A stretch of DNA of 58,671 nucleotides from an uncultured Pseudobdellovibrionaceae bacterium (GCA_964522115.1 CAZFSX010000001.1:1-58671), one strand, 5' to 3'. Positions 19,828-30,443 are shown, numbered from the stretch's first letter. Program-made: numbers and translations. Notes: generated by a model from the sequence alone, not told the origin.

Positions 19828-21501
19828 ATGTTTTTTATGGATATTATTATGAATTATCTACACCAAGGTATGTCTGCTGTTCTGCCCTTCGTCGTTCTTT
19901 TGGGCGTACTGATCTTTGTCCACGAACTTGGTCATTTTTTGGTTGCTAAGTTTTTTGGAGTTCGAGTTGAAGTGTTTAGCTTAGGCTTTGGAAAAAAATT
20001 ACTTAGCTACAAAAAAGGGGATACAACTTACTGTATTTCTCTTATCCCGTTGGGTGGATATGTCAAAATGTACGGTGACGAAATCGGCTCAGATATTCCA
20101 GAAAAGGAAAAACAATATTCCTTTACTCATAAGCCAGTATTACAAAGAATCGCCGTTGTTCTTGCCGGCCCAATGATGAATTTCTTTTTTGCCATTCTTG
20201 TCTTTTTTTTGGTTGCACAAATAGGTGAAGAAGTTCGCTCCCCTGTTGTTGGTGATATTCCTGTAGGTTCCGTTGCAGCAAAGGCGGGAGTTCAAAGCGG
20301 TGACCTTATTTTGGAAGTCAACTCAGCGCCAGTGAAAAGCTGGGATGAGGTTCAGCGAAATTTACAAGTTTCAAAGAACCGATCAGCTTCATTAAAAATC
20401 AGACATCAAGATGGCTCTGAAAAACAAATTGAAGCCATCACTGAAATTGTCCCCAATCCAAATCCTGTCAGTTTGGACGATTATATCGCTGACATTCAAG
20501 GCCTAAGTTATATCTCGAAAGCAGCCTCTGTCGGAGTAAAGCCCGATTCCATTTTAGCTAAAGCTGGATTGCAAACAGGCGATGTCATCACTATGGTCAA
20601 TGATACTCCTGTTAAATATTTTCGTCATCTTGAATCCGTATTACAAACTGTTTCCAGTGAAAAAAAATCCATTCAATTTCAAATACAAAGACTCAGTCTT
20701 GACGAAAAAAAGAATGACTCAAAAACAATTTCTTTCGAATTGCAGGACTCCATCAAAGATTTATCTTCTATCGGATTAGAGTCCTCGGAACTGTTCCTTG
20801 CGAAAGTTTTGGATGGATCTCCAGCACAAAAAGCAGGATTGATGATCGGCGATCGAATTGTGGAAATTAACAATAACCCCGTTGAACACTGGGAACAAGT
20901 TCTGCAAAATATTAAATCTTTCTCCGGAACGGGCAGTATCTCCATCAAAATTCGACGAGGGTCGGAATTGAAGGATCTTTCGATGACTCCCACAATGACC
21001 ACACAATCGAATGGTCTTGGAAATGAAGAAAAACGATTCACCATCGGAATCATTCCATTTATGACCCAAGGATCTGCATCAACAACCGTCATCAAAGCTG
21101 ATGGATTTTTGAATGCTTTAGGTCGCGGCTTTCAAAAAACAATCGATGTCAGTGTGATGACCGCGGTTTCGTTTTTAAAGCTGATCCAAAATAAAATTTC
21201 TCCCAAACACATCGGAGGAGTTATTGCAATTGGCCAGGCTGCCAGCGAAACTTTTAAAATAGGTATGTCTCACTTTTTGCAAATGATGGGACTCATATCG
21301 ATCAATCTATTCATTTTGAACCTACTTCCCATCCCTGTTTTAGACGGAGGACACCTGTTGTTTTACACTATTGAGGCACTTCGAGGGGCCCCTGTCAGCA
21401 TGAGGAAGATGGAAATTGCTCAGCAAATTGGTCTTTTTTTGCTGATGAGCTTGATGTTGCTTTCATTATTTAATGACTTTACTCGAATTATCAGCAATTA
21501 A
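19828..21501 (+). CDS. rseP: RIP zinc metalloprotease RseP (site-2 protease) with PDZ domains
   Basis: AAAGGAG RBS. It has the HELGHF zinc motif in TM1, two PDZ-like segments (AAKAGVQSGDLILEVN, AQKAGLMIGDRIVEINN) and the C-terminal NLLPIPVLDGGH. Confidence 0.9.
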   Translation: MFFMDIIMNYLHQGMSAVLPFVVLLGVLIFVHELGHFLVAKFFGVRVEVFSLGFGKKLLSYKKGDTTYCISLIPLGGYVKMYGDEIGSDIPEKEKQYSFTHKPVLQRIAVVLAGPMMNFFFAILVFFLVAQIGEEVRSPVVGDIPVGSVAAKAGVQSGDLILEVNSAPVKSWDEVQRNLQVSKNRSASLKIRHQDGSEKQIEAITEIVPNPNPVSLDDYIADIQGLSYISKAASVGVKPDSILAKAGLQTGDVITMVNDTPVKYFRHLESVLQTVSSEKKSIQFQIQRLSLDEKKNDSKTISFELQDSIKDLSSIGLESSELFLAKVLDGSPAQKAGLMIGDRIVEINNNPVEHWEQVLQNIKSFSGTGSISIKIRRGSELKDLSMTPTMTTQSNGLGNEEKRFTIGIIPFMTQGSASTTVIKADGFLNALGRGFQKTIDVSVMTAVSFLKLIQNKISPKHIGGVIAIGQAASETFKIGMSHFLQMMGLISINLFILNLLPIPVLDGGHLLFYTIEALRGAPVSMRKMEIAQQIGLFLLMSLMLLSLFNDFTRIISN

Positions 21502-21512
21502 TTCTGACTCTT

Positions 21513-22211
21513 ATGAGTTACGAACTAGCCGTCGACAGCAGCACATTTCACGGAAGCTTGGCCATCGCAAAAGATGGCCAAATTCTTTTTCAAGAGCAAT
21601 GCCTTCATCAAAGATCTCATAGCGAATTTTTTAATGCTTCTCTTGAGCGAGGCTTGAAACAATTGGGTATTCACCCCCGACAACTTGACACAATCTATTA
21701 TGACAAAGGTCCGGGCAGTTTCACAGGTCTTCGAGTGACAGGTAACCTTGTCAAAACTCTAAGCTTCTTACACCAGACACCCGTCGTTGCAGTTGACTCT
21801 TTACATGTTCTGGCTGCACCATTTTTGCTTCAAAAACAAGATGTCTTGGTCGTCATGAATGCCTTCAAAAATTTGTTTTTTTCCTGTGCATATCAAGCCG
21901 ACAAGCAAGTGTTGCAACCCAGTTCCGTCAGTGCTGAACAACTTCATCAGCTACTGAACAATGCCTCCGGCCCCCTTGCTTTAGTGGGAGATGCCGTCGA
22001 TCTATTCCTTTCCACATGTTCTGAAAGTCAAAAAAAACTATTTCTTCTCTCTGAAAACCATGTTCACACTCCATTGGCCCAAACACTGATTCAGTGGGGA
22101 AATTTTTTTAAAAAACATTACGGGACCTTAGACTGGAATTTCATTCAACCCCTTTACCTTCGTGACTCAGAAGCCGAAGAAAACCTTAGAAAAAAATCCA
22201 ATTTAATTTAA
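21513..22211 (+). CDS. tsaB: tRNA t6A biosynthesis protein TsaB (YeaZ family)
   Basis: Motifs: LAVDSST..GSLAI, ..GPGSFTGLRV.. The length of 232 aa is typical. Confidence 0.8.
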   Translation: MSYELAVDSSTFHGSLAIAKDGQILFQEQCLHQRSHSEFFNASLERGLKQLGIHPRQLDTIYYDKGPGSFTGLRVTGNLVKTLSFLHQTPVVAVDSLHVLAAPFLLQKQDVLVVMNAFKNLFFSCAYQADKQVLQPSSVSAEQLHQLLNNASGPLALVGDAVDLFLSTCSESQKKLFLLSENHVHTPLAQTLIQWGNFFKKHYGTLDWNFIQPLYLRDSEAEENLRKKSNLI

Positions 22212-22218
22212 GGTTTGT

Positions 22219-23190
22219 ATGAAATCGGATGTTGAGAAAAAAAAGAAATCAAATGTTGTCTCTTTGCATCGTCGTCGCAAGGGTTCTGCAACTCACCTGT
22301 GGGGCATAACTTCAGGAAAAGGCGGTGCAGGAAAATCTTTTGTTACGTCTTCCTTGGCATTAACTTTATGCAAACTGGGTTACAGTGTTGTTCTTGTGGA
22401 TTTTGATTCAGCAGGGCCTAACTTGCACACCATGCTTGGATTAAATCCCTCAGTAAAAAATTTACGATCATTTTTTGAAGATGAACGTCCCTTATTTGAG
22501 TTGATTGAATCTACAAACATACCTCACCTTTCTATAATTCAAGGATTTGGTGAATCCTGGGGACCAACTGAAATTACAATTGAACAAACACAAAATCTTA
22601 TTAAATCTGTTCAAGATCTGACCTGTGATTTTGTTCTTTTTGATCTTGGAGCAGGCGCCACGATCAATCATTTAGAAGTTTTAAAACACTGCCAAGAAAA
22701 GTTTTTAGTGACATCACCAGAGCCCACTTGCATAGAAAAAACATATCGCTTCTTGGAAAGTTATATTTGTTATTCTCTAAGACAAGAAGCAACCTATGAA
22801 AGTTATCGTGAACTTTCACATAAACTTCGTGAATTTCGCCATGAACACAGAAAAGAGTATTTTCATTTTAAAAAATACTTGCAGTCTCATGAAGGATTCA
22901 ATATCGATTTTTTTGAAAAGATTTCCGAAAATCCTGTGCGTCTTATTGTGAATGGAACTCGAAGCCATCTAGACCAAGAGCTAGGATATTCTATGAAGAG
23001 TGTCTGTCAAAAATATTACGATATCACGATTGATTTTGCTGGCAGCATCGATTTTGATAATTCCGTTTGGCAGTCCATTCGCAAACGTGAACCTACTTTA
23101 GTGAATCAACCCTTCACTCCTTTGTCAGGTCAGTTTTTATCTATTTGCAAACATATCCTACCTCAACAGTCACAACGTGTGGCTGTCTAA
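22219..23190 (+). CDS. MinD/ParA-family P-loop ATPase
   Basis: It has the deviant Walker A (ITSGKGGAGKSFVTSSLA) and Walker B-like VLFDLGAG. The N-terminal tail is basic (KKKKSNVVSLHRRRK). Confidence 0.75.
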   Translation: MKSDVEKKKKSNVVSLHRRRKGSATHLWGITSGKGGAGKSFVTSSLALTLCKLGYSVVLVDFDSAGPNLHTMLGLNPSVKNLRSFFEDERPLFELIESTNIPHLSIIQGFGESWGPTEITIEQTQNLIKSVQDLTCDFVLFDLGAGATINHLEVLKHCQEKFLVTSPEPTCIEKTYRFLESYICYSLRQEATYESYRELSHKLREFRHEHRKEYFHFKKYLQSHEGFNIDFFEKISENPVRLIVNGTRSHLDQELGYSMKSVCQKYYDITIDFAGSIDFDNSVWQSIRKREPTLVNQPFTPLSGQFLSICKHILPQQSQRVAV

Positions 23191-23284
23191 AACCTAGACC
23201 CTGACTGACGTCTAGGTAGGAACTAGGCTGGACCTTGCTTATGTCGAGTTCCCGTGCAGTAATATTCTTGAGGAGTTGAATTGC

Positions 23285-23908
23285 ATGGAGACCATACAAA
23301 AGTACAACTATTACGATGTTCTTGAAATCAGTGCTCATTGCCCCCAACACGAAGTCACGACGGCCTATGAGCGTGCAAAGGCTACTTATTCAGGCGAAAA
23401 CCCAGCTATCTATACGGTTTTTTCGGAAGACGAAGCTCGTGTCCTTTTAACTCTTGTTGAAGAGGCTTATTCAGTTTTGGGAAACAAGTCACTTCGTTCT
23501 TTATATGATGAGCGATTGAATGCTGGGAATTGCAAAAAAGAAGATCTGAGTTACGAATCTCTTTTGGTTGCCAGCAAAGCCCAAATGCCTGAACCAAGAA
23601 AAATAGGACAAAGTACAGAACGGTTTTCACGTGACGAAAAATTTGAAAACCAAATTCAAACCTTGGAAGAATGGAACGGCGCTTGGCTTAAAAAGGTTCG
23701 AGAATACCGCCTGATATCTTTGGAACGAATGAGTGAAATCACACGCATCAATGGATATTACATTAATGCAATAGAAAAAGACGATAATAAAAATTTGCCT
23801 GCAGCCGTCTTTGTACGTGGATATGTTGTTCAAATTGCAAAGACACTTCAACTTGACTCTCAAAAAGTTGCTGATAGTTATATGAAACATTTTAAAAAAC
23901 TTCTTTGA
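23285..23908 (+). CDS. J-like domain (no HPD) fused to a RodZ-type helix-turn-helix domain
   Basis: GAGGAG sits 9 nt upstream of ATG 23285. The N terminus reads YYDVLEIS..AYERAKATYSGENP..EEAYSVLGN..LRSLYDERL, a J-domain scaffold with YSGE in place of YHPD. The C terminus reads LISLERMSEITRINGYYINAIEKDDNKNLPAAVFVRGYVVQIAKTLQLD, an HTH_25/RodZ-like pattern. Confidence 0.6.
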   Translation: METIQKYNYYDVLEISAHCPQHEVTTAYERAKATYSGENPAIYTVFSEDEARVLLTLVEEAYSVLGNKSLRSLYDERLNAGNCKKEDLSYESLLVASKAQMPEPRKIGQSTERFSRDEKFENQIQTLEEWNGAWLKKVREYRLISLERMSEITRINGYYINAIEKDDNKNLPAAVFVRGYVVQIAKTLQLDSQKVADSYMKHFKKLL

Positions 23909-23926
23909 TGTGATAGCTTCGCAAGC

Positions 23927-24955
23927 ATGATGACAAAGAATTCAAACCAAGCACGGATTATTTCCATCCCAAGCACTCAAGATATGATAGGACTACGTGC
24001 TGACAAGGCTTTAGCTTTGCATGAGGAAATACGTACAAGATCACGGGCACAGCAATTGATCGACGAAGGCCTTGTTGTATTAAAAAATGGGAAAATTAAA
24101 GCCTCGTACTGCGTACGTTCGGGGGATATTTTTGAAGTCAATTTACAACTCAGTTCCGATCAAGAACAAGAAATTCTGCCAGCTGATATTCCTTTGGATA
24201 TTGTCTATGAAGATGCAGATCTCATTGTGATCAATAAACCCTCTGGATTGGTTATGCATCCTGCCGTTGGACATCGACAGGATACACTTGTGAATGCATT
24301 ACTTCATCATACGCAAGATCTATCCATGAAGTTCGGAGATATCAGACCAGGAATTGTTCATCGAATTGATAAAGAAACAAGTGGCCTAGTCGTTGTGGCC
24401 AAAAATGATCGATCCCATGAACACCTGTCCTTACAATTCAAGGCACGAAGTATCGAAAGACTTTACGAAGCCATCAGTGTTGGCCGCTGTGGACGCCCTC
24501 ATGGGCGACTTTGCAGCTACCTTGCTCGCCACCCACAAGATAGACAAAGATATGCTTCGGTAAGAAATACAGAACGTCAAATTATTGATGATCCAACGGC
24601 AAACTTGGAACACGGTAAATGGGCAGTCACAAATTTTAAAGTTCTGAAATCGACACCTCAGTTCACATTATTTGAATTGAAACTTGAAACTGGTCGTACG
24701 CATCAGATCAGAGTTCACTTACAAGAACTTGGATTTCCAATTCTTGGTGACACTACTTATGGTTATGATCGTAAAATTAAATCGATCAAAGACAGTGCTA
24801 TTGTTGATTTTGTTAAAGACAGTCAGCGATTCTATCTACATGCAAAAGTATTAGGCTTTATCCATCCAAGCTCTGGCCAAAATATGCGGTTTGAACAAAG
24901 CTGGCCAATGCAAACAAAAAAACTTTTGGATCGACTGTTTCCTCCTTCAAAATAA
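23927..24955 (+). CDS. rluD: RluA-family 23S rRNA pseudouridine synthase (RluD-like) with an S4 domain
   Basis: It has an S4-like N terminus, the catalytic motif HRIDKETSGLVVVAKN, and the C-terminal TGRTHQIRVHL. Confidence 0.85.
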   Translation: MMTKNSNQARIISIPSTQDMIGLRADKALALHEEIRTRSRAQQLIDEGLVVLKNGKIKASYCVRSGDIFEVNLQLSSDQEQEILPADIPLDIVYEDADLIVINKPSGLVMHPAVGHRQDTLVNALLHHTQDLSMKFGDIRPGIVHRIDKETSGLVVVAKNDRSHEHLSLQFKARSIERLYEAISVGRCGRPHGRLCSYLARHPQDRQRYASVRNTERQIIDDPTANLEHGKWAVTNFKVLKSTPQFTLFELKLETGRTHQIRVHLQELGFPILGDTTYGYDRKIKSIKDSAIVDFVKDSQRFYLHAKVLGFIHPSSGQNMRFEQSWPMQTKKLLDRLFPPSK

Positions 24956-25108
24956 ATGGTCTCATTTTGAGAACTCACACTATATGCACGCAGCAAGATT
25001 TTATGTGTCTTAATATAAAACACTATAAATAATTTTCATCCTCTTACACTTCCTGGTCAAAGTGGCCGATAAGACCATTGTCAGGCCATTACCTGTAGGG
25101 GATGAATT

Positions 25109-27418
25109 GTGAATTTAAATAGATTATTTAGCATTTTTAAATTCATTCGTAGTTTTTTCAAGACTAGACTTTCTTCTAAAAAGAAATTCACATCTAAATC
25201 TATTATCTTTTTAATATTTTCAATCACAGTCTTTTTCTTTCAAAACTGCAAAATCAACGAATCGTTAGACCTGAGCGCACTGTCTATTCTTAGCAAAAAA
25301 CAAACTTCCATAGAAATTCAACCGGTAGAAAACGTCCACCAAACAGCTTCTGGTGGTAATGGCGATGGATATGAAGGAAAATTGAATGGTCGATTTGTAA
25401 GATGGATTCCTGAACACTCTTGCGAAGGAACTGAAGCTGAATACTCGGAATTGATTTTAGATTCTTCGAATAAAACAGCGCAATTAATTACAAATGAATC
25501 AGCCCTGTGCCAAGCTCGATCAGATGAAATTATTGATTTAAATACTATTGATTTTTCTAGCATGAATCAAAACATTGTTGCCTACCAAGATGGAATCTAT
25601 CTTCGAGCAGAATCTACACAACAGAATGTGGAAGCTTCATGCCAAAGCGAATTCGTACAAATGAATATATTTCTCAGCAATACTGTCAATTTAAGTTCTT
25701 CACTAAGCCTCAATCTGGATGAAACACAGAAAAATCTTCGTGTCGCAGAAATATTCTTCAAAGACCCAAATAGCAGTAAAATTAGTAAAGTGATTTCAAT
25801 CCCATTAATTCACGCTGACCTGCAAACAAGTGAAAAGGTTTCAAAAGGGGTTGAATACAAATTAGATTCACTTCATTATGAAAAAAATAGCGCATTAGAA
25901 TCACTCCTACTTTCCATTGATTCTCAAAAAATGGGCCTTTACGGACAACATCAATTTGACAGTCACTTGACAATCCATTCGTCAATTGAAGCGCTTAATC
26001 AAACAAATTTGATAATGTCCTGCCGCTTAGCAGGACATTATGATGGAGTGATCTGGCCATCAAAAGTTCTGGTGCAAGGCAAACAAGTTCATGATTTTCA
26101 ATTATTGAAAAAAAATAATCTAGATTTAGGATTTGTTTTTTCAGCTGACCATATTCAATCATTAGATAGACTTGTCGGGCCCAAAAAACTTTATTACTTA
26201 AATTTCCAAGATGGATCTACGAATACCTTAGTTTCTGATTTCCCAGAAAGAACGACAGGCATACAAAGGTTTCTGATTACTCAAGATCAAGAAAATGTAA
26301 TTTATTCGGCGATCGAAAACCCACTTGGATTTACAGATCTTTTTCGTCTGTCTCTGGATTTAAAAATAAAAAATAAAATCAATTCGGAGAGAACCTCGTC
26401 TGGCTATGGCGTACTGCCTGACTTCCAACTAGATCCTCAAACAGAACGAATTATCTTTCGTGAAAGTTCCACCCTACCAGGAATACCACAAAGCATGTTC
26501 TATTTAAGAACAAACACAATGGATGGGACCTCCTTGCAAAAGGTAATATCAGAAACAGGTGATCTGAACGAACAAACTCGTAATTATTGGATTGATTCCA
26601 CTTTGAATAAAATTTTCTTTTATACTGGATTCACAACAGTGCAGTTGAATATGTTCGACCCTCAGACAAACCAATTGACGAAGTCTATAGACAATTCGAT
26701 TTTTGAACATTCACAGCAAGTCATGAACTGGTATGATATTCTCAATGCATCTGAAATATCCCATCAGACTATTCACCCAAAATATCTTTTAAGTGTCTTA
26801 CGTGATGGTATAACTTCAACTTCGAAAAGGTTGTTGCGATCAAATTTTGATGGTACCCAATCTGTTGACTTAGGATATTTTGAAAATGTTAAATCCTATA
26901 GTCCCGATGGAACTAAAATCATTTTAGAAATTAAGACGGCACAAGAATTACAATTCAAATTTATTGATTTAGATAATCTAACAAGCTTTGCCGTACCAAG
27001 TGGGGATTCCTACTTGTTTAATGCAACTCAGGATGGCGTATATATTTGGAAACACAGAACAGAAAATAACATAGACTTCTTCCTGGATTTACAGTTTTTC
27101 CATTTAACAACAAAAACTTTTTCAACTTTAAAGTCGATTCCAAGCAAACAAAAAATTGTTCATCAATTTCAGTGGATGTATAAAAATCAATATCTTGTAT
27201 TTATGATGGATTCAAATCTGGATAAACTGAACGAACTCTATTTATTAGATATCTTTGACTCAAGTAAAGACCTTATCCAAATCAGCGATAGATATTTTGA
27301 CTATGGTGGTGTCAAAGAGTTCAAAATTATCAACGATCGATCAATTGTCTATAGTACTCAACCTCTAAATAACATTAGTCCTTCCTTATTTATTTGGAGC
27401 TTACCTGAGGCGAAATAA
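25109..27418 (+). CDS. large lipoprotein (hypothetical)
   Basis: GTG start after AGGGGA. The signal peptide ends in an 'FFQNC' lipobox (IIFLIFSITVFFFQNCK). The 769-aa ORF is AT-rich and I recognise no family. Confidence 0.5.
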   Translation: MNLNRLFSIFKFIRSFFKTRLSSKKKFTSKSIIFLIFSITVFFFQNCKINESLDLSALSILSKKQTSIEIQPVENVHQTASGGNGDGYEGKLNGRFVRWIPEHSCEGTEAEYSELILDSSNKTAQLITNESALCQARSDEIIDLNTIDFSSMNQNIVAYQDGIYLRAESTQQNVEASCQSEFVQMNIFLSNTVNLSSSLSLNLDETQKNLRVAEIFFKDPNSSKISKVISIPLIHADLQTSEKVSKGVEYKLDSLHYEKNSALESLLLSIDSQKMGLYGQHQFDSHLTIHSSIEALNQTNLIMSCRLAGHYDGVIWPSKVLVQGKQVHDFQLLKKNNLDLGFVFSADHIQSLDRLVGPKKLYYLNFQDGSTNTLVSDFPERTTGIQRFLITQDQENVIYSAIENPLGFTDLFRLSLDLKIKNKINSERTSSGYGVLPDFQLDPQTERIIFRESSTLPGIPQSMFYLRTNTMDGTSLQKVISETGDLNEQTRNYWIDSTLNKIFFYTGFTTVQLNMFDPQTNQLTKSIDNSIFEHSQQVMNWYDILNASEISHQTIHPKYLLSVLRDGITSTSKRLLRSNFDGTQSVDLGYFENVKSYSPDGTKIILEIKTAQELQFKFIDLDNLTSFAVPSGDSYLFNATQDGVYIWKHRTENNIDFFLDLQFFHLTTKTFSTLKSIPSKQKIVHQFQWMYKNQYLVFMMDSNLDKLNELYLLDIFDSSKDLIQISDRYFDYGGVKEFKIINDRSIVYSTQPLNNISPSLFIWSLPEAK

Positions 27419-29123
27419 GTCGGTTGGACTTTCTTTTGACAACCAGTTGATACTTTTGTCCTCGGCCAGAACCAGATACAATCAACCATTTTTCTTCTAC
27501 AAGCTCGTGGACAATTCTTCGAACCTGCCTATCTGAACACGACCATAAATTTCGAAGAATTTTATTCGTAAATAAAGTGGACGAGGGAAATGGTTTTTCC
27601 TTTTGATAATCCAGAAGTAAATTTATGTAATTTTTCGTAAAACATTCCTGTGGACTTAAATTCATTCCGTATTGCAAAACAAATAGAATTTCTGAATTTA
27701 TTTCCATTCTATAGATAGACTTGCTTGATTTGATCTTGATGGGAATTCCATTTTTCTTCAAAAATTGATTACAACGACTGACAATTTTTTTTAGCCTTTC
27801 GATTGAATAATCAGGGTCAAATACTTGATTCGGAAATATCTCAGAAAACAAAACACCTAAAGAATGATTTCGATAGGGATTTTTAGTTAGACATGAAAGA
27901 AGCAAATAAAATGACGAATTCTTTTTAAGAGATGGAAGAGGCCTTTGATTCCAGGTCCAATGAACAAGATTTAATGTATGTCTTTGCAAATCCTCCTTCC
28001 TTTTTTTCTCTGAAGGGGAGGTTCTTAAGACAAACCCCGATGGATCATACAATAACCCTATGGGTCCAAGTTTTCCATTTTGATGCAACAAGTGTTTTTT
28101 TATTTTTACTTTAAATGCCTGATGGGGTGTTAGCATTGCCATCTTTCTTAAAGCCTCTAAGTCTGAATTCATTATGGATATATAATAATCGACATCGCGT
28201 ACAGTTTCCCAGTTTCGCAAACGCAAAGCCCATGCTTTTAGTTTTTCTAACTTTTTTTTTGCTTCATCTAAAGATGAAGGGTTTGTGTTTATTCCTTTAT
28301 CTGTAGAAAAAAAAGGGTGTAACTCAGCTAATGTTTTCCATTTATTCAGGTATAAAAGGAATGGACCACTTGAATTTTTTAAATAACTATCTGCTTTCAG
28401 GTATAAGTGATGGACATTCTCATATTTTTTTAAAAAAAACATGTTTTGAATTTCTATTTCCAAAAGATTTCCATATAATAAATAGGCTTTAAGTTTTTCT
28501 GCCATTTTTTTTGCTTTCGCGATGTAATGATTCGACAACTTATTTTTACCCAACCCAGCATATCCAGATGCAATATTTACAAGGCCTACCAGCTTCTGAT
28601 ATTCATCATTTTCATTGTATTGAATATATTTTTTTAACAATGGTATAGCTTGAAAATATTCCCACTTCTTAAAATGTGTAATCGCTTTTTGTAACAACAG
28701 TTCTGGATATTTTTTTTCATCTAATGCATCCATCAATGCCATAGCTTCTGCCGTACATTCGATATTTCTTAATGAAGCTGCATAGGATATCAAGATCCTA
28801 TTTTCTAAATCTGTTCTAGAATTCGTTTGTTGAATTAAGTGTTTCGAGTAAAACTTATTTTCGTAATAATTTCCAAAGATATTTTTTAAAATTGGCCTTA
28901 ATAAAACTAAGGACCACGAAGACTGACCCAGTCGTCTTAAAATATTGGACAACTGCAAACGTATTTGTATATCCATGGGAATATTCTTCATTTTTTTAAC
29001 TTCAGTTAAGACTCGATACCCCTTCCCAGATTTGATTTCGGATTCAAATTCTTGTATTAATTTGATCCATTTTGTCTTTTCTTTTTCACTGATTTCATAT
29101 TTCATTGCTGTCTTTTCGGACAA
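27390..29123 (-). CDS. helical-repeat (TPR-like) protein with a C-terminal winged-helix DNA-binding-like domain
   Basis: A 577-aa ORF, all-helical with repeat-like segments. The C terminus (LRNLWSCSDRQVRRIVHELVEEKWLIVSGSGRGQKYQL) resembles a wHTH. Its 3' end overlaps the convergent lipoprotein gene by 29 nt. Confidence 0.45.
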   Translation of the reverse strand: MSEKTAMKYEISEKEKTKWIKLIQEFESEIKSGKGYRVLTEVKKMKNIPMDIQIRLQLSNILRRLGQSSWSLVLLRPILKNIFGNYYENKFYSKHLIQQTNSRTDLENRILISYAASLRNIECTAEAMALMDALDEKKYPELLLQKAITHFKKWEYFQAIPLLKKYIQYNENDEYQKLVGLVNIASGYAGLGKNKLSNHYIAKAKKMAEKLKAYLLYGNLLEIEIQNMFFLKKYENVHHLYLKADSYLKNSSGPFLLYLNKWKTLAELHPFFSTDKGINTNPSSLDEAKKKLEKLKAWALRLRNWETVRDVDYYISIMNSDLEALRKMAMLTPHQAFKVKIKKHLLHQNGKLGPIGLLYDPSGFVLRTSPSEKKRKEDLQRHTLNLVHWTWNQRPLPSLKKNSSFYLLLSCLTKNPYRNHSLGVLFSEIFPNQVFDPDYSIERLKKIVSRCNQFLKKNGIPIKIKSSKSIYRMEINSEILFVLQYGMNLSPQECFTKNYINLLLDYQKEKPFPSSTLFTNKILRNLWSCSDRQVRRIVHELVEEKWLIVSGSGRGQKYQLVVKRKSNRLISPQVSSK

Positions 29124-29267
29124 AGGTCGCCAAAACCTTAATTCTCATTTCGATACAAACCTTCAAGCATCCGTAGAGACACAATTCTTCCTTATTTATC
29201 GGACAAATCCATCCCTATCGAATTTCAGCAAAATCTCTTATTCTAGATTTAGAAAGTTGAGGTACTT

Positions 29268-30443
29268 ATGAAAGCTGATTTAAAATTTGAAATACTGCAA
29301 TCCTTACCAACAATCCCAACAGCTGATAATACTCAACCTTGGAAAGTTTCATTTCAATCCTCTGGATTAAATCTGTTTGTTGATTTGTATCACACTGGAT
29401 CTCTTGCTCAGCATACATTAAACAGCTTTGGTGTCGCTTCCATTTTTTCAATGGGTTTTGTCATAGAAACCTTCGAACTTATAGGCAAGAAATGTGGCTA
29501 CAAATTGAACGTTAAATTTCAACAAGAAAGCTGGTCCAAACTTGATTCAGACCTGATGGTTCCTGTGGCCAAGTTATCTTTTGTCTTTGATCGTAAGACT
29601 ATTCTGAATACTCAGGAAGCTAACTTGTTAGAACAATTAGCTGTGCGACATACAAACAGAAATGTGTACAAACAACATACATGGTCAGATGATGTTTTCG
29701 CTCAACTGAACAAATCGTCAAATTTGTCTGATTCAAAAATCACATATTTTTCGACTAAAACGAATTCGGTCATAAATTATATTGCTCAAACTGAGTCTAT
29801 CATGTGGAAGGAATCAAATATCTTAAATCAAATCTTAAAATGGATTCGCTTCACCGACCAAGATGTGAAATCCCATAAAAATGGTTTGAATGGAAACGGC
29901 TTGGGTTTTCATGGTTTAGAATGGAATATTGTCAAATTTGTTACACAAAACAAAGTCGTTTTAAATCTGGTTCGCCCATTCATTTCCAAAATCATTGGCC
30001 CAATGAAAACAAAAATACAATTAAAATCAAGCACAGCTCTAGCCGCTGTTTCTGTAAAAACTGTTAACTTGGAAAGCCTTGTCCAGTCTGGACGTTTGAT
30101 GATGAAACAATGGCTTTTATTAACACAAATGGGTTATGCCATTCATCCTTATACACTAGGAAGTCTTAATATTTTCAATTTAAAAAATCACACTTTGGCT
30201 GATGTACTTCAAAAGAAACATCTTTCCTTGCTGCAGAAGGGTGACTCTTTATTTAAAAAAGTTCTTGGTCTTTCTGACTCGGAGTCCGTTGTCTTCTTTT
30301 TTCGATTGGGGCTTGCAGAAGAATTGCCTGAATCATGCAGATCAAAAAAACAAAATCCCGATTATTTTCTTGTTAACATCGATAAGGATCAATTCAAAAC
30401 TCCTTCTGAGAACTCCTTACAAAGCCTGGACATGCCGACTTAA
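29268..30443 (+). CDS. Acg-type (double nitroreductase-fold) FMN oxidoreductase-like protein
   Basis: The first half has PTADNTQPWKV..LNLFVD. The second half begins with LAVRHTNRNVY. This layout resembles tandem-nitroreductase Acg family proteins. Confidence 0.5.
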   Translation: MKADLKFEILQSLPTIPTADNTQPWKVSFQSSGLNLFVDLYHTGSLAQHTLNSFGVASIFSMGFVIETFELIGKKCGYKLNVKFQQESWSKLDSDLMVPVAKLSFVFDRKTILNTQEANLLEQLAVRHTNRNVYKQHTWSDDVFAQLNKSSNLSDSKITYFSTKTNSVINYIAQTESIMWKESNILNQILKWIRFTDQDVKSHKNGLNGNGLGFHGLEWNIVKFVTQNKVVLNLVRPFISKIIGPMKTKIQLKSSTALAAVSVKTVNLESLVQSGRLMMKQWLLLTQMGYAIHPYTLGSLNIFNLKNHTLADVLQKKHLSLLQKGDSLFKKVLGLSDSESVVFFFRLGLAEELPESCRSKKQNPDYFLVNIDKDQFKTPSENSLQSLDMPT

